A stretch of 20,000 nt of DNA, taken from IMG/VR virus record IMGVR_UViG_3300047381_001220, one strand, 5' to 3'. The first letter of the stretch is position 1; each line of letters opens with the position of its first letter. The notes under the pieces were generated by a model. It worked only from the letters and a program-made list of their open reading frames with translations, had not been told where the DNA came from and ran no database searches. Made by a program: the position numbers and the translations under genes. This stretch comes from an uncultured virus (IMG/VR IMGVR_UViG_3300047381_001220) (lineage: Duplodnaviria > Heunggongvirae > Uroviricota > Caudoviricetes). This document shows positions 17,507 through 20,000 of this stretch, piece by piece.

Positions 17507-17791
17507 ATGATTAAGAACATAAAAGATTTACCACTATCATATCAAAACCTACTTGCCGAGTTTCAGGTTGAAAAGGATGTCAAAGAAGGCATAGCAACTG
17601 ATTATGTAGTGCAACCAAACAAAGAAGATGTTCAAGATGAATACGAAAGATTAGAGTCTGTAATAGAAGAAGAAGGTGAATCAGAGTATGATGAACATGA
17701 TGAAAATACATATGACATGACTGCAATTTCACCTTATATGAGAGATGCATTTGATGATTTTTCTGAAGAAGAAGACTTTGATGAAGACTAA
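17507..17791 (+). CDS. Small highly acidic hypothetical protein
   Basis: 94 aa, starts 2 nt after the upstream stop, D/E-dominated C-terminal half, followed by a terminator. Confidence 0.8.
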   Translation: MIKNIKDLPLSYQNLLAEFQVEKDVKEGIATDYVVQPNKEDVQDEYERLESVIEEEGESEYDEHDENTYDMTAISPYMRDAFDDFSEEEDFDED

Positions 17792-17818
17792 TAATATTTG
17801 ATAGTAGTTAGTTGATTT

Positions 17819-17852
17819 AAGAACCACTCAATTTTTGAGTGGTTCTTTTTTT
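17819..17852 (+). terminator. Rho-independent terminator
   Basis: AAGAACCACTCAA (17819-17831) / TTGAGTGGTTCTT (17835-17847) stem followed by T run. Confidence 0.88.
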
Positions 17853-17853
17853 G

Positions 17854-17882
17854 TTGCAAATATAAAAGTCATAATATATATT
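17854..17882 (+). promoter_or_regulatory. Possible sigma70 promoter
   Basis: TTGCAA (17854-17859), 17 nt, TATATT (17877-17882). Region is very AT-rich, so a chance match is possible. Confidence 0.4.
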
Positions 17883-17955
17883 ATAATAAGTTGAGTAAAT
17901 CAACTCACATTTTAAATGTGCGACAATAACCATTAAAAATTTATGAGAACCAACC

Positions 17956-18129
17956 GTGCAAAAAATAATATTCATCAAAAAACAAACCAACCCAAAATTA
18001 TACAAGGTTCTTTTAAGAAAGGGTGGAACGGTTAAAATAAACAATGTAACCATGACCATTCTAAAACCAAAAAGAACTTTTCTTGATTCACTTATTTACC
18101 GAGTTAAGTATTTGTTTTTAAGAGCATGA
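17956..18129 (+). CDS. Small basic hypothetical protein (57 aa); not in ORF track
   Basis: GTG start, (M)QKIIFIKKQTNPKLYKVLLRKGGTVKINNVTMTILKPKRTFLDSLIYRVKYLFLRA*; fills an otherwise empty gap on the coding strand. Confidence 0.4.
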   Translation: MQKIIFIKKQTNPKLYKVLLRKGGTVKINNVTMTILKPKRTFLDSLIYRVKYLFLRA

Positions 18130-18161
18130 ACGAAAAAAGTTGTAATTGGGGTCTTTTACTA

Positions 18162-18190
18162 TTGATAATTATCGTTATGATGAATATAAT
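18162..18190 (+). promoter_or_regulatory. Near-consensus sigma70 promoter
   Basis: TTGATA (18162-18167), 17 nt, TATAAT (18185-18190). Confidence 0.72.
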
Positions 18191-18196
18191 GTGGAA

Positions 18197-18397
18197 ATGA
18201 GTAATTATTTAAATTTCGCAAACGTGCCACATCGTCTCATCGTAAAAAGTCGCAAGACTTCAAAGATAGTATTTGAACAAGAGTTTGAAACTGAATCAAA
18301 AGCAATCAATTATATTTCAGAGGTAAGAAAGGTTGGTATAAATAAAGAGAACTTTATTGTGCAGATAGTGGGTCCTAATATGCTTTACGTTGAATGA
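18197..18397 (+). CDS. Hypothetical protein (66 aa), probably leaderless
   Basis: In-frame ATG at 18197 (MSNYLNF...) lies just downstream of the promoter, whereas the TTG start at 18146 would span it; ATGA overlap with the rhomboid gene. Confidence 0.65.
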   Translation: MSNYLNFANVPHRLIVKSRKTSKIVFEQEFETESKAINYISEVRKVGINKENFIVQIVGPNMLYVE

Positions 18398-19077
18398 TAA
18401 ATTTTGGTGGAGTTAGAATTATACTCTGGATATGCACTCTTGTGTATCTTTTGCAAAGTATTTATTATCCTGTAGTTGATTCTTTATTTGGATTATCATA
18501 CATAGGAAACGAAAACTTTGGAATCATGCAGTTGGTTACTCATGGTTTCTTGCACGTGGATTTGTACCATATTTTGATTAACATGATAATGCTAGTCCTA
18601 TTTGCATCAAAAGTTGAAATGTTTTTTGGTACAAAAAACTTATTTAAAATTTTCATTGGGAGTGTAATTTTCGGTGGAATATTTCAGACAATTTACAATA
18701 TGATAGTGTTAAATTCATTGGTGGGAACAATGTTTCCTGTGGAGGTTATTTTCACACCATTTGATAGAATGGATTTTATGCTTGATTATGGAACTGAGGC
18801 ATTTAACATATTTGCAGGAAAAACTTTGGGGGCATCTGGTGGTGTGTTTGGGTGTATGATTGCATTTACTTGCTTATTTCCAACAGAACGCATTGGTTTA
18901 TTTTTTATTCCTTTTACTGTTTCTGCTCGTCTTGTGATTGTTTTGTATGTAATACTTGAAATACAACAAGCATTTTACGGAAATGTTGAAAACATTGCAC
19001 ATTTTGCTCATTTAGGTGGTGGAATATTTGGACTTTTATATGCATTGAAACTAAAAAGTGATTTAGGTAAAAAATAA
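18394..19077 (+). CDS. Rhomboid-family intramembrane serine protease
   Basis: Several TM segments; THGFLH...HILINM, catalytic GASG, AHFAHLGG. Confidence 0.93.
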   Translation: MINFGGVRIILWICTLVYLLQSIYYPVVDSLFGLSYIGNENFGIMQLVTHGFLHVDLYHILINMIMLVLFASKVEMFFGTKNLFKIFIGSVIFGGIFQTIYNMIVLNSLVGTMFPVEVIFTPFDRMDFMLDYGTEAFNIFAGKTLGASGGVFGCMIAFTCLFPTERIGLFFIPFTVSARLVIVLYVILEIQQAFYGNVENIAHFAHLGGGIFGLLYALKLKSDLGKK

Positions 19078-19079
19078 TG

Positions 19080-19109
19080 CTTGACTTTTTATAATAATTT
19101 TGGTAGTAT
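19080..19109 (+). promoter_or_regulatory. Sigma70-type promoter P3 with extended -10
   Basis: TTGACT (19081-19086), 17 nt, TAGTAT (19104-19109) preceded by TGG; shares CTTGACTTTTTATAATA with P1. Confidence 0.78.
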
Positions 19110-19164
19110 TCTTGTATTGAGAGTGAGAAAGAACCAAATTAAAAATTCAAACGAAAGAGAGAAA

Positions 19165-19608
19165 ATGAATATTGAACTAAGTAATCCTGTGATTTCACGA
19201 TTAGCAAACGACTATGTTATGTCGTTTCTTCATCATACTGGTGAAAACACCAAGCATATAAACAATCAACAAGATGGAGATATTAGATTTTATCACGCAG
19301 ATGGTTTCGGAAATTTGTCGGAAAAGTCAAATAATATGTATTCCGAATCAATGAAGGATATGTTGTTTGATTGGAGTCACATTCGTGATTCATCTGATGA
19401 AGCATTTCTTGCAATGGCATCTGCAATAAGTGCGTGTGTTCCATGTGAAGCAAAGTTTGCCGACTCGTTGCTTGATTTTAAGATTTATGTTGCAAACTAT
19501 TTTCAAGACCTTCGTAGAGAATTGGATTATTATGTAACTATGGAACCAGACGCAACTTCTGAAATTGACAGAATTGAAGAAGAATTGTATCACGAAACAC
19601 AAATATAA
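19165..19608 (+). CDS. Hypothetical protein (147 aa)
   Basis: ATG 19165 preceded by purine-rich GAAAGAGAG; the track's TTG start at 19081 is the -35 box of P3. Confidence 0.75.
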   Translation: MNIELSNPVISRLANDYVMSFLHHTGENTKHINNQQDGDIRFYHADGFGNLSEKSNNMYSESMKDMLFDWSHIRDSSDEAFLAMASAISACVPCEAKFADSLLDFKIYVANYFQDLRRELDYYVTMEPDATSEIDRIEEELYHETQI

Positions 19609-19625
19609 AAAAGGAGATAAATAAA

Positions 19626-20000
19626 ATGGGATTTTTTAGTTGGAATTGTAAGTGTTGTGGAAAGAGCATCGTGTCACCTTATTCACCCAAGCAAATAAAT
19701 TGGATGAACAAGATTACGATGGTTATGGACACAGGAGAAGTGATTCAAGGAGAATATGACGGATATGGAAATATCTATAATCGTACCGATGAACACGCAT
19801 ATGGTAGTAATTGGGACATAGATGAAAATGCCGAAAGCATTTGTTTAGACAACGAACACCAAGCAACTTTTTATCATACTGCTTGTTACGAAGAAAATAA
19901 TCAACCTGGATTTCAAGGTCAAAATGATTCTGCACGTGATCAAGGATTTTTCTTGGACGAAAAGGATTATGTTGATTGCGTTCCTACCAATGCGTCATGA
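19626..20000 (+). CDS. Hypothetical phage protein, possible Zn-binding (CxxC ... HxxC)
   Basis: AAGGAG RBS; WNCKCCGKSI, GEYDGYG, YHTACY, DQGFF; TGA at 19998-20000. Confidence 0.75.
   Translation: MGFFSWNCKCCGKSIVSPYSPKQINWMNKITMVMDTGEVIQGEYDGYGNIYNRTDEHAYGSNWDIDENAESICLDNEHQATFYHTACYEENNQPGFQGQNDSARDQGFFLDEKDYVDCVPTNAS

Noticed and set aside
17817..18059. Minus-strand 80-aa ORF, and + strand 30-aa ORF at 17943-18035
   Set aside because: The first opposes the uniform gene orientation and runs across a promoter and terminator; the second is very short and overlaps the longer 17956-18129 frame.
18146..19164. TTG starts at 18146 and 19081
   Set aside because: Both extensions cover predicted promoters (TTG 19081 is the -35 box itself); downstream ATGs fit better.
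1..20000. Stop-codon reassignment, as seen in some large phages
   Set aside because: Conserved enzymes are full length under code 11 with dense gene packing, ending at TAA or TGA where expected. TAG is not used as a stop in the called genes, but nothing indicates read-through.
1..20000. Eukaryotic giant virus or ordinary bacterial chromosome origin
   Set aside because: Overlapping operon-style genes, sigma70 promoters, intrinsic terminators and a bacterial tRNA-Ile2 argue against NCLDV. The S74 fibre and run of short orphan genes argue against ordinary chromosome, though a prophage or cellular island cannot be fully excluded.

Overview
AT-rich window with all credible genes on the + strand, most consistent with a large (jumbo-type) tailed bacteriophage; this is inferred from gene content, since no capsid, terminase or polymerase gene is present. 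The left ~15.4 kb is a structural/late-like block: a 5'-truncated collagen-containing tail fibre with lectin-like domains and a C-terminal S74 autocleaving chaperone, a membrane-anchored subtilisin, a 39-aa-repeat coiled-coil protein, a tightly coupled cysC-cysD-cysN-galE cassette (full sulfate-to-PAPS pathway plus UDP-sugar 4-epimerase), and a 1818-aa acidic mosaic surface/virion protein with BspA/DUF285-like repeats and Pro/Thr linkers. After a strong terminator (15411-15450), the right ~4.6 kb is an early-like block of short genes behind repeated sigma70-type promoters. It holds a tRNA-Ile2(CAT) nested in-frame inside an ORF, a MYG1/DHH nuclease, a secreted glycine-zipper protein, an acidic protein, a rhomboid protease and hypotheticals. 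The best candidate for a new system is a phage-encoded sulfation/glycan module embedded among Pro/Thr-linker structural proteins, whose APS kinase has a remodelled substrate pocket. All family assignments are by motif recognition, not database search.
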